Part shown: positions 39,569 through 50,830 of the stretch, in pieces
Layout of the letters: every line of letters starts with the position of its first letter
Position numbering within the stretch: the first letter of the stretch is position 1
Assembly (NCBI RefSeq): GCF_963921235.1
Contig: NC_086108.1
Location: 60,512,001 to 60,576,000, forward strand
Length of the DNA stretch: 64,000 bases
Direction: 5' to 3'
From: Mobula hypostoma
Taxonomy: Eukaryota
Position numbers and translations under genes: made by a program
The notes under the pieces: generated by a model
Seen by the model: the letters and a program-made list of their open reading frames with translations, nothing else
Told to the model about the DNA's origin: nothing
The model's database searches: none

Positions 39569-40873
39569 CCATTGCAGCCTCTTTGGTTAGCTGCCCATGA
39601 TACTTGGAGCACTCGTCTATCATTGCCTTCAACTCCGAGTTGCTATGTTTCGAAGGCTGCCTCACAAATGCCTCAGAGCACTTCTGGGTGTATACGGTGG
39701 CAGGGCGAATAGTTTCTGTACGACCATGTTTAAATGCTGCAGTGCTGCATGACTCATAAGTGGCTACTGTTTTGCCATACTGCCTCAGAAAGCCCATTTG
39801 AAGAGAAAGTTGAGCCACTGCATCCGGACTCAGCTTCTGCTCTTTCAGGAACAGTTTCCCACCTTTTTTAAACTCGGCAGCTTCGATAGTCAACGTGCTC
39901 ACAGTGGTGTCAAATTTTTCTTTAGCACTCAAAATACCCACTTTAAGAACATCATCGAGTTTAAACTCAAGCTTCTGCACATTCTTAGAGGAGTCAACTA
40001 TTGCAGGCTGTGTTGTTGGGGAAACTGCAGGCCGCGTGGTTGTGTCTTTGAAAACCTCATTCTGTAAACGCAGGACAGCGACGCCGTCCCCCCACGAATG
40101 TTCAAAGTTCACACTTGCACTGCCATCTTTGGTTAATATGAAACTGAACGATTTGTCATACCAGCGGTTGAGGCCATTTCCATGAAGCATGTTATGGGAG
40201 AGCTCACGGTGGTCTTTGATGGTAATATCATCAAGGCAAACACAGAAGACAGCAGAATCTATTTTATTTAATGCCTCTTTATTCCCAGCCTCCAATAGTC
40301 TCTGTCTTAGTGAGGACCAGACATCTCGATGCTCACTCGTCAAATACCCAAGTGGAAATTCAGGAGGGGGGCTGGAATCAGACAAAATATACTGGAAATG
40401 TGCCAGGATTTCTGAAGGCTTTGTGATCCTTCCATCTTGATCAATAACATCAAATATATAGAAATGTCCATTTCTCATCACCAGCAAGTGCTTGCCACTG
40501 TTGTTTGTAAGAAGCTCATCTCGAATTGGTCTGGGAATACGAGTGGAATTGAAGAGTCTGTAGTACTGAGACATATCAAGTGGATAGGCATTAACCATAT
40601 AGGCACCATACCATGAAACAGAACTGGGAACAAAGCGAATGATATTCTTGAAAAGAGCTGTGTCACTTTTAGCAGGATTGAGGTGGAAAATTTCAGGTTC
40701 TAGTAAGCCTGCACGAAAAGTCTTCATGAAACGTACTGCAGACACAGTCATGTTGGCTGCCCTAATTAGCTGGTTATTGTATGCAGGATTTGGATCAGGA
40801 TTAAAGGACATAAAGGGGTTAAAATTCAGGACAACTGATTCACGGGCACTTAGGTACATGTCAAACCATGGTC
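39569..40873 (-). CDS. CPT2: CPT2 exon 4 (catalytic core)
   Basis: ttag|(G)[10 protein letters not shown]...FEHSWGDG (catalytic His)...[19 protein letters not shown]...KEAAM|gtaagt; 1305 bp. Confidence 0.98.
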
Positions 40874-41151
40874 CTAAAAGTAATGGAAAAAAATAATTCT
40901 AAAAGCTCTGAATATATTAAACCTTAAAACATAATATGTCCCATATGAAACTTTCCATTTGCTTATCCAGTTTTAATTTTTTTTTAAGTCTACTGATTCT
41001 AGATAGGTAAATCACCCAATCAACATTCTCTACACAATTCCTCACAAGTGATGTAAAAAGATTCCATGGGCCCGTATCGATATTGTATATTAACATACAA
41101 TATCATATTGACTGTATTGGCCATATCAAGTTGAATTTGATATTATCGTTG

Positions 41152-41413
41152 TAAACACAAGGAATTCTGCAGATGCTAGAAATTCAAGCAACACACATCA
41201 AAGTTGCTAGTGAACACAGGAGACCAGGCAGCATCTCGAGGAAGAGGTACAGTCGACGTTTCGGGCCGAGACCCTTCGTAAGGACTAACTGAAAGAAGAG
41301 CTAGTAAGAGATTTGAAAGTGGGAGGGGGAGGGGGAGATCCAAAATGATAGGAGAAGTGTCTTCCTAGAGATGGCCTGCTGCGTTCACCAGCGACTTTGA
41401 TGTGTGTTGCTTG
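41152..41413 (-). mobile_element. Penelope terminal repeat with short inverted arm; hammerhead core mutated (41251-41286)
   Basis: Matches 13394-13600; core reads CTTACGA instead of CTGACGA. Confidence 0.85.
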
Positions 41414-42188
41414 CTATTATCCTTGTTCACTTAGGCAAGTGCTTACCATTCTGGGATCACTGAACAATTAAAGGTAAATTTGCCAGTTTTTCCCTTGCCC
41501 TAAACCAGGGATCCCAAGTCCAATTCGGACATTTCTACCAATTCAGAAAAACAAATTGCCAGAGGAACTCATCAAATCAGGCAGAACCTGTGGAGCAAAG
41601 GGACAGTTGATTAGTGGGGGGGGGGGGGTGATGAACAAACCAGCAAGACATGAAGTGTGTGTGCTCCCTGCAAAGCAGAAAGGAGTGCAGAGAGGAAGGT
41701 GTGACTGATGGTGGGATCATGTTGCAGCTGGCCTAAATTACCAAGAATGATGTACAGGATGCAGAGGCTGGTGGCGTGAAAGGTAAGATCCAAGAGAGTG
41801 CTAGCTCTGTTCTGTTTTTGAGGGAAGTAAGGCAAGAATTCCTCCTGCAGTTTGATTTTGTGCCCAGATCCCAGTATTTGCAATTTCTTATATCTTCAGA
41901 AGTCAACTAATATTACCAGAACTTGGAGACATTAAAATCAATCACAATTCCTACTAAAATTATTCACTACGCCATCGGGTAGAAAAGCTGCAATAATTCA
42001 TCTAAGGCACACTGTAACAAGGAACATTATGTGAATGATTTTAAAAAATCAAACTATTAATCAAGTGGAAAGACAAATAATATATATTTTCAGATTTTCA
42101 CCAATTAACAGGTTTGTTTCAAACTGGCAAAAAGGACAATTATTATAGCAGATACAAGGAAGCAGCATTTATGTCATTCTTCCAGTTA

Positions 42189-43796
42189 CAGTTGCAGGAA
42201 AAAGTTTGTGAACCCTTTGCAATTACCTGGTTTTCTGCATTAATTACTCATAAGGTGTGGTCTGATCTTCATCTAAGTCGGAATAATAGACAAACACAAT
42301 CTGCCCAAACAAATAACACACTAACAATTGTACTGCTTCTCGTCATTACTGAGCACATCATTTAAACAATCACAGTCTAGGTTCAAAAAAGTATGTGAAA
42401 CTGGGGTAATGACTTCCACAAAAGTTATTTGGAGTCAGGTGCTCCAATCAATGAATTCAGATTGAAGGTGTGGGTTATAGAGGTGCCCTGCCCTTTAAAA
42501 AAGGCGCACAAAGTCAGGTTATTGACAGAGCCTGCACTTCTCAAGAAAGATCTTTTTATGTGTACCATGCCTTGATCAAAACAACTTTCAGAGGACCTTA
42601 GAAGAATTGTAGACATGCATGAAGCTGACAAAGCTACAAAAGCATTTCTAAAAACCTGAGTGTTCACCAGTCTACAGTAAGAGAAACTGTCTCCGAATAG
42701 AGGAAATTCAATACTGTTGTTACTCCTCCTTGGAGCAAGTGTCCTGCAAAGATCACACCAAGAGCACAATGTGCAATGCTGAAGGAGGTAAATTAAGAAC
42801 CCAAGGGTAACAGCAAAAGATCTACAGAAATCTCTAAAGCTTATTAAAGTCTTTGTTCATGTGTCCACTATAAGAAAAACACTGAAGAATGGTGTTCACG
42901 GAAGGACACTATGAAGGAAACCACTGCTCTCCAAAAAAAAACATTGCTACATGTCTCAAGTTTGCAAAGACCACTTGGTGTTCCACAGTGCTTCTAGGAC
43001 AGTGTTCTGTGGACTGATGAGACAAAAGTTGAGCTTTTTAGCAGAAATCCACACTACTATGTTTAGAGGAAAAAGGGCACTGCATAACAACACCAAAACC
43101 TCATAACTGTAAATCATGGTGGAAGGAGCATTATAATCTGGGGCTGCTTTGCTGCCTCAGGGCCTGGACAACTTGCAATTGTTGAGGTAACAATGAATTC
43201 AAAATTGTATCACCATTTCACAGGAGAATATCAGGGTAGCAATCTGTCACCTGAAGCTTAATAGAAGTTGGATGATGCAAGAAGACAATGATCCGAAACA
43301 CAACGGTAAGTCAACAACAGAATTGTTTAAATAGAAGAAAATTTGTGTTTTGAAATGGCCAAGTCAGTGTCTAGATCTTAACCAACTGAGATGCTGTGGC
43401 ATGACCTGATGAGAGCTGGTCATGCAAGGTATCCCAGAAATACTGATGAACTGAAACAGTTTTGTATGGAGGAATGGTCAAAAATTCCTCTAAGCCGATG
43501 TGCAGGACTGATCAACAGTTACTAGAAACGACTGGTTGAATTTATTGCTGTACAGGGGGGGGTCACACCAGTTACTGAAAGCAAAGGTTCACATACTTTT
43601 TTCGACAGATATTGCAATATTGAATAATTTTTCTCAACACATAAATGAACAAGTATAATGTTTTTGTGTTATTTATTTAATTAAGTTCTCTTTAACAACT
43701 TTTAGGACTTGCGTGAAAATCTGATCACATTTTAGGTTATATTTATGAAGAATAAGAGAAAATTCTAAAGGGTTCACAAACTTTCTAGCACCACTG
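42189..43796 (+). mobile_element. Tc1-like transposon, full span, TA-flanked, dead transposase, non-matching ends
   Basis: TA|CAGTTGCAGGAAAAAGTTTGTGAACCC ... GGGTTCACAAACTTTCTAGCACCACTG|TA; WTDETK and QEDNDPKH remnants. Confidence 0.9.
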
Positions 43797-43899
43797 TATG
43801 ATACAAAAGAGATAGTCCCTTCAGAACAATGATAGCAGTCAAAGGTTTTCCCTTTCATTTGGTGATAACAGTTCAGATCAAACAGCTTGAGGATCTCAC

Positions 43900-44006
43900 C
43901 CGAAATGTAACTGGTGTGTTTGTTTCTTTTGTCCTGAGCCACAAGTTCTTCATGTAACTGTTTCCCAACCCCCTGTTCAAAATCGTGAGCCACCTTTTCT
44001 GTTCTC
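43900..44006 (-). CDS. CPT2: CPT2 exon 3
   Basis: acag|[35 protein letters not shown]|gtgaga; 107 bp. Confidence 0.95.
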
Positions 44007-44164
44007 CTGTAACAAAAAAAACATATAATATGGGCAGATGTGCACATAATTAGGCCGAGCAAGGAGCCACTTGGCATGGATATTAAAATATTTGATCTGT
44101 TAAATGCCACTGTTGCCAGGTCTAAAATCAGAAACAGAGGTAAACTCACAGATAGAACTCTGAT

Positions 44165-44956
44165 ACACGAGGAAATCTGCAGATGCTGGAATTTCAAGCA
44201 ACACACATAAAAGTTACTGGTGAACGCAGCAGGCCAGGCAGCATCTCTAGGAAGAGGTACAGTCGACGTTTCAGGCTGAGACCCTTCATCAGGACTAACT
44301 GAAGAAAGAGCTAGTAAGAGATTTGAAAGTGGGAGGGGGAGGGGGAGATCCAAAATGATAGGAGAAGACAGGAGGGGGAAGGATGGAGCCAAGAGCTGGA
44401 CAGTTGATTGGCAAAAGGGATATGAGAGGATCATGGGACAGGAGGCCTAGGGAGAAGGAAAAGAGGGAGGGGGGGAAACCCAGAGGATGAGCAAGGGGTA
44501 TAGTCAGAGGGACAGAGGGAGAAAAAGGAGAGAGAGAAAAAGAATGTGTGTATATAAATAAATAACGGATGGGTACGAGGGGGAGGTGGAGCATTAGCGG
44601 AAGTTTGAGAAGTCAATGTTCATGCCATCAGGTTGGAGGCTACCCAGACAGAATATAAGGTGTTGTTCCTCCAACCTGAGTGTGGCTTCATCTTTACAGT
44701 AGAGGAGGCCGTGGATAGACATATCAGAATGGGAATCGGACGTGGAATTAAAATGCGCGGCCACTGGGAGATCCTGCTTTCTCTTGTCTTCTCCTATCAT
44801 TTTGGATCTCCCCCTCCCCCTCCCACTTTCAAATCTCTTACTAGCTCTTCCTTCAGTTAGTCCTGACAAAGGGTCTCAGCCCGAAACGTCGACTGTACCT
44901 CTTCCTAGAGATGCTGCCTGGCCTGCTGCGTTCACCAGCAACTTTTATGTGTGTTG
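44165..44956 (-). mobile_element. Penelope 3' fragment plus inverted terminal-repeat arm
   Basis: 44199-44370 and 44785-44956 are reverse complements; GIY-YIG C-terminus lies between them. Confidence 0.92.
44261..44296 (-). ncRNA. Minimal hammerhead motif, intact core, sense to CPT2 pre-mRNA
   Basis: AGTC-CTGATGA-AGGGTCTCAGCCT-GAAAC-GTC^GACT. Confidence 0.7.
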
Positions 44957-45329
44957 ACAGAATTCCAATGTTCGCTTACCCAGACATTTCCTATGCCTCA
45001 AAATGTCTAGACAGTTCAAAGACTAGACAGTTCCCTGTTCAGTTGCAAGCATTAGCTATTTAAAGAAAGATTATGTTTCAAGACTCAATTATGATTTTAT
45101 TTCTTTTCTCCATCTTTTTAGAAGCACAATAAAGCTGTAGAACATGCATCTTTTTTAATCTGATGCCTACCTCTTCTGAAGATTTTGACTCCTACATGAG
45201 TATGTCCAAGGTGCTACAAACTCTCTGGTGCTTCACCAAAATGGCTACTTTCCCTGCATGCCCACACACTGTAGACCAGGATAGTCTTCCATAAGTTACC
45301 TGCTGTCTAGCCAGATTCAATTCTCACCA

Positions 45330-46660
45330 AACGAAGATGGTTGTGGATACTGCAGAATATTGGTAAAGAATACAGTGGGGTATAGATCAGTTACAGATAT
45401 GGGTGGAGAAATGGCAGATGGAGATTAACCCAGCCAAATGTGAAGTGCTGCACCTCGGTAAGTCGTATATGAAGAGTTGATGAGCAGAGGGATCTTGGGG
45501 TCCAAATTCATAGCTCCTTGAAAGTGGCTACACGGACTGATAGAGCGGCTATAAGGTGGTATATGGCTTCATTAGTCAAGGCATTGAGTTCAAAAGCCAG
45601 AAAGTTATGTTGCAACTTTATAAAACTCTAGTTAGGCCACATTTGGAGTATTGCATACAATTCCTGGTCGCGCCCCCCCCCCCCATTATAGGAAGAATGT
45701 CGAGGCTTTAGAAGAATGCAGAAGAAGTTTACCAAAATGCTGCCTGTATTAGAGGGCATGTGCTACAATGAAAGGATGGACAAACATGGGTTGTTTTCTC
45801 TGAAGTGGCAGAGGCTGAGTGAAGATCTGATAGAGGTTTATAAGATCGTGAGAGGCATAGAGTAGACAGACAATATCTTTTTCCCAGGGTTGAAATGTCT
45901 AATAGCAGAGGGCATGCAGAGGGAAGGCTCTACAATGAGCAGTCAAAACTACCCAACACATCACTGGCAAAAACCTGCCCATTAAGGACATATAAAGAAA
46001 GGTGAAAAAAAGGGCCTGTGACATCATGAAGGATTCAATACACTCTGTTCATGGACTGTTTGTCCAATACAGGACCACCAGACTAAAAAACAGATAATTT
46101 CCCAAGCAGTAAAACCAATCAATACCTCCACCCACTAACTCCACACTACTTTATTATTTTCCACCTGTCACCTTATGCACAACCTAGCGTCACTTTATGG
46201 ATATACAATCATTGTATTTAAGCTTTCTTATCTAATTATATTTATTATGTGTTTTTTATTATTGTGTTTTTTTTTATCTTTCATGGGATTTTTGGGGTTT
46301 ATTGGATCTGGGGTAACAATTATTTTGTTCTCCTTACATTTGTGAACAGGAAAAGACATTAAATAATCTTAGAATGTATCTAAGTTTAGAAGGGCTAAGT
46401 CAAGGGAGATGTGAGGGGCAAGAACTTTTCACACAGAGTGGTGGGTCCCTGGGGTGGTGGTAGAGGCAGATACACTAGGGATTTTTTAAGAGACGTTTAG
46501 ATAGGCTCCTGGACGTGAGGGAAATGAAAGGAAATGTACATTCTGCAGGTAGAAGGGATTAGTTTAGTTGGCCATTTGATTATTAATTGAATTGGTTTGG
46601 CACAACGCTGTGGGCCCAGAGGCCTGTGCTATGCTGTGCTGTACTGCTCTACGTTCTATG
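45330..46660 (+). mobile_element. CR1 3' fragment with nested Rex1-like piece (~45925-46375)
   Basis: KWQME..P.KCEVLH, LEYCIQF motifs and CR1 tail. Confidence 0.75.
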
Positions 46661-47389
46661 GCTGTAGATATACAATTCTTGCAGTGCATTTGGTGAATAT
46701 ACAGAAATGGAAATCAGTATTACCACTCTAGTCCGGGAACACAAAAGCTTTTTGTGTTATCCATTTACCATCTTATTAAGAAAAGATGACTTAACAAAAA
46801 TAGGTTGTAAAATTTTTAATTTTCAAATTACGTATATCAAATTAATTTTGAATTAAGCTACAGAAGTAAACCAATACCTAGTAACATAGAGGTGCATAAA
46901 CTGCAGAAATCAATGATTTGTGCAAAAATCACTCCTCAATTGCTGACTGCATTGTATAAAATGAGACCTGCACTCAGCACACCAGGATGATTCTAGTCCA
47001 TTCCCAGTTAAATTATCTCAGCTGAGGCTTTTCAACTTCATGTGAAAGGAAGGGGAAACTCTGCCAGCATTCACATGTCCTGATCATTGTTCACTGATCT
47101 CTATTGGAGGGAGAGTATACGAGTTGGTTAAGGCTAGACAGGGTTCGGGATGTGAGCAACCCAACAACCCAACCATACATTACCAAGGTTCACTGGTAGT
47201 TGAAGAGAGAAATATATAACTATGCTTCTGACATCATCCCATTTCAATAACTTCAAAAGTAAACACAGCATCGGACAAACAAAAAGCCAGTTAATATTTT
47301 AAATAGTATTGCTTAGAAGAGCAATGTTGGCCATGGAGAATACCCCCTTTGTAAAATAGTGTCAATAAAAGATTTTTTTAAAATTAAAC

Positions 47390-47695
47390 AATTAGTTTTA
47401 TTTGTCACACGTCCATCAAAACATTGAAACATACAGTAAAATGTGCTATTTTGTGTAAATGACTTACACGGTCCAAGGTTTGTGCTGGGGGACAGCCTGC
47501 AAGTGTTGCTATGCTCACAAGTCACTAACCATAACCGTATAGCTTGGGATTGTGGGAGGAAACAGGAGCTCCTGGAGGAAAGCCTTATGGTCATGGGAAG
47601 AACAGACAAACTCCTTACAGACAGCAGCGGAAAATGAACCGATTGGTGATTGCTGACGCTATAAAGTAATTGCACTTACTGCTACGCTACCGTAG
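47390..47695 (-). mobile_element. tRNA-derived HE1/V-SINE-like SINE
   Basis: TGTGGGAGGAAAC.GGAGC.CC.GGAGGAAA...CAAACTCCTTACAGACAGC core (reverse strand). Confidence 0.65.
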
Positions 47696-48419
47696 CACTT
47701 GGTGTCACACTTATGCATTTAAATAAATATTACCAACAAGTAAAGCATTTGATATACTGGACTTTTGACAATCTGTATTGACTTGGTACCCCATTCAAGA
47801 GCCAGTCTGTAACTACTGGTTAATCCATATCTTTCCAAATAATTAAGTCAAAATATTAATATATGAACACTACCTTCATGAAGAAGCTTGAAAGTAATAA
47901 TGAAACAAGTATATGCCTGCTCTAATTCCTTCGCTTTCGTTTCCCCAATACAAGGCACATACTTGTCTCTCAATAGTCCCAAAATGCAATCCATACATGA
48001 TCTTTGTGAAGATTTAAAGCACTTGTTCAGAGCACGTTCGGGTGATGTCTCTCCTCCTCTTCACTTGGGGGAAAGGCCTCAACTCTACATCTCACCCCTC
48101 TACAACACTGACTCATAGTTCCTACTCTGCAGCATATGAAGCTTTGTTCTATACTGAATTTATGAATAACATAATTTCAACAAATAAGCTATACTTATAT
48201 CATAAACAGTAGGAGGGTATTACATTTGAAAGATAAAAACAAATTAAAATCTGTATCAGGTTATTTTGATACAAAGCACAAAATAAATGATAGGCAAATT
48301 TCTGGATTGTCCATGTCTTTGTTTCCATATATTATTGAGGTCTCAATAGGAATTCACTCCCAGATGAGCTAAGCACTTTTTATGCACACGTCAAAAGGGA
48401 GAATAAAATTATACACGTG

Positions 48420-49935
48420 CGAGTCCCTGCAGCATCCCTGAGATCTCTCTAGGTGACCGGCGTCAGAACATCTTTCATGGGGGTGAACAAGGCATCAGGC
48501 CCTGATGATGCACCTGGTAAGGTAATGAAAACCTGTGCCAACCAACTGGCGGGAGTATTCCAGGATATCTTCAATCTTTCACGAGGTTCTCACCTGCTTC
48601 AGTGCCCCAGGAGAGCAGGCTGAGCTGCCTCAACAACTATCACCCAGCTGCACTCACATCGACTGTGGTGAAGGGCTCTGAGAGGTTGGTTTTGACCAGA
48701 ATCAACATCCAAGGAAGGATCTGGACCCTCTGCAATTTGCCTATCACCACAATAGGTCTACAGTTGACGCAATCTCACTGGCTCTCCACTGAGCCTTGGA
48801 TCTCCTGGCCAATAGCAATACCTGTATCTGCGGGCTGTTTATTGAATATAGCTAAGTGTTTAACACAACGATACCCTCAGTACTAATTAACAAGCTCCAA
48901 AACCTGGGGCTTTGTACCTTCCACCTGCAACTGGACCCTTGCCTTCCTCATCGGTAGACAATGGTCAATGTAGATCAGAAATACCATCTTCTCCTCACTA
49001 ATAATCAACACTGGCGCACTGCAGGGTGGTACTGCTCTGTTCTCTCTACACCCATGTCTGTGTGGCTAGCCACAGCTCAAACAACATCTATAAATTAGCA
49101 AACAACACAACTATTGTTGGCAGAATTTCAGATGATTAAGGGAGGGCATGCAGGAGTGAGATAGATCAGCTGGTTGAGTATTGTTGCAACAGCAACCTTG
49201 CACTCAATGTCAGGAACTGATTGTGCACTTCAGGAAGGGGAGGTCAAAGGAACACACACCAGTTTTCACCGAGGGATCTGCAGCGGAAAGGGTGAGCTTT
49301 TTCAAGTTCCTGGGTGTCAGCAACTCTGAAGACCTATCCTGAGCCCAACGTATGGATGCAATTACAAAGAAGGCACATTATCAGCTATATCGCATCAGAA
49401 GTTTGAGGGGACTAGGAATGACACTAAAGACTCCTGCGAATTTCTACCGATGTACCATGGAGAACATTCTAACTGGCTGCATTGATGTGTGGTATGGAGC
49501 GGCCACAGCACAGGATCAGAAAAGGCTGCAGAAAGTTTCCAGCTCAAACAACTCCATCATGGGCACTAGCCTCCCCTGCATCGAGGACCTTTTCAGAAGA
49601 CAATGTCTCAAAAAGTGACATCCATCATTAAGGACCCCCATCAGACAGGACATGCCCTCTTCTGATTGCTACCATCAAGGAGGAAGTACAGGAGCCTGAA
49701 GACACACACTCAATGCATAGGAACAGACTCCTCCCCCCCCACCATCAGATTTCTGAATGGACAGTGAACACTATCTCACTAATTTTTTTGCTCTCTTTTT
49801 TCATGACATACTTAATTTAATTATATATTTCTTATCGTAATTGACAGTTTTTATTATCTTGTATTGCAATGTACTGCTGCCGCAAAACAACAAATTTTAC
49901 AATATATGTCAGTGATATCAAAGCAGATTCTAATT
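48420..49935 (+). mobile_element. Degraded Rex1/Babar-like LINE
   Basis: SCLNNYHPAALTSTVVK, NFYRCTMENILTGCIDVWYG. Confidence 0.8.
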
Positions 49936-50150
49936 CGGGTGAGACTACCTTTAAATACTTGCATATTTTATCAGATATGGTAGCTACTAATAATTGTGCA
50001 ATGAGGCTGAAGGGGCAAATTCCAAGAACATCATATACATTAAAATACTGGAAAACACTCAAATCAAAACCCTGAGTGTTTACTCCTTAGCATTACAAAG
50101 TTAACATAACATTCCTAAACTACCAGCTGATTAAAATTTCATTCACTTAC

Positions 50151-50231
50151 CTATATTGGTCATTATCTAAAAGTGGTCTCTGTGCATTCAGGAAACGGCG
50201 GACTGTATCCTGCAGCTTTGGAATGGGTAAC
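50151..50231 (-). CDS. CPT2: CPT2 exon 2
   Basis: aaag|[26 protein letters not shown](R)|gtaagt; 81 bp. Confidence 0.95.
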
Positions 50232-50619
50232 CTTTGGGGTAAAGATAATAAATTAGGAGGTAGCTCAGGAACACAGCCTAAAGCTGCAGGGCAATTAGTT
50301 TTCAAATTGAAATATAATGTACACCATTTTCAATTTTCATTTATACTGCTGTATAAAATATCACTTATTAATACCAAGTACCGCGTGAAGGTCCTGTAGG
50401 CTTATATTTTATACAAAGTGTTGCTTGGCATCAAAGCCATAACTTGATGCACTGGGGAGAAGATTATGATGTGAGACTTTTAGGAAGCATTTGTCACCAT
50501 AACGATCTTTAGTTAAAGAAATATTATGTCAACATCTGACATTTTTGATCATTACAAAGATTTCTTCAAAATTATTTGTATCACTTGAAGTTCAATTTAA
50601 AACTCACATCCAATTTACA

Positions 50620-50830
50620 CACACAAAATGCTGGAGGAACTCAGCAGTCCAGGCAGCATCTATGGAAAAGAGTACTGTTGATGTTTTGGGCCAAGTGTGT
50701 CCTGCCGAACGGTTTCGGCCCGAAACGTGAACTGTACCTTTATCCATAGACACTGCCTGGCCTGCTGAGTTCCTCCAGCATTTTGTGTGCTACTTGGATT
50801 TCCAGCATCTGCAGATTTTCTCTTGTTTGT
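50620..50830. mobile_element. Fold-back Penelope terminal-repeat remnant
   Basis: Arms 50620-50692 and 50717-50789; degenerate hammerhead core CTGCCGA...GAAACGTG. Confidence 0.8.

Noticed and set aside
39534-40859. 441-aa ORF as a standalone or retrocopied acyltransferase
   Set aside because: It is CPT2 exon 4 with read-through past the donor; the other four exons are present and in phase
43673-44434. 253-aa ORF on - as a novel PLE-CPT2 fusion protein
   Set aside because: Chance open frame running through PLE repeat, intron, CPT2 exon 3 and the Tc1 end; exon 3 has normal splice sites
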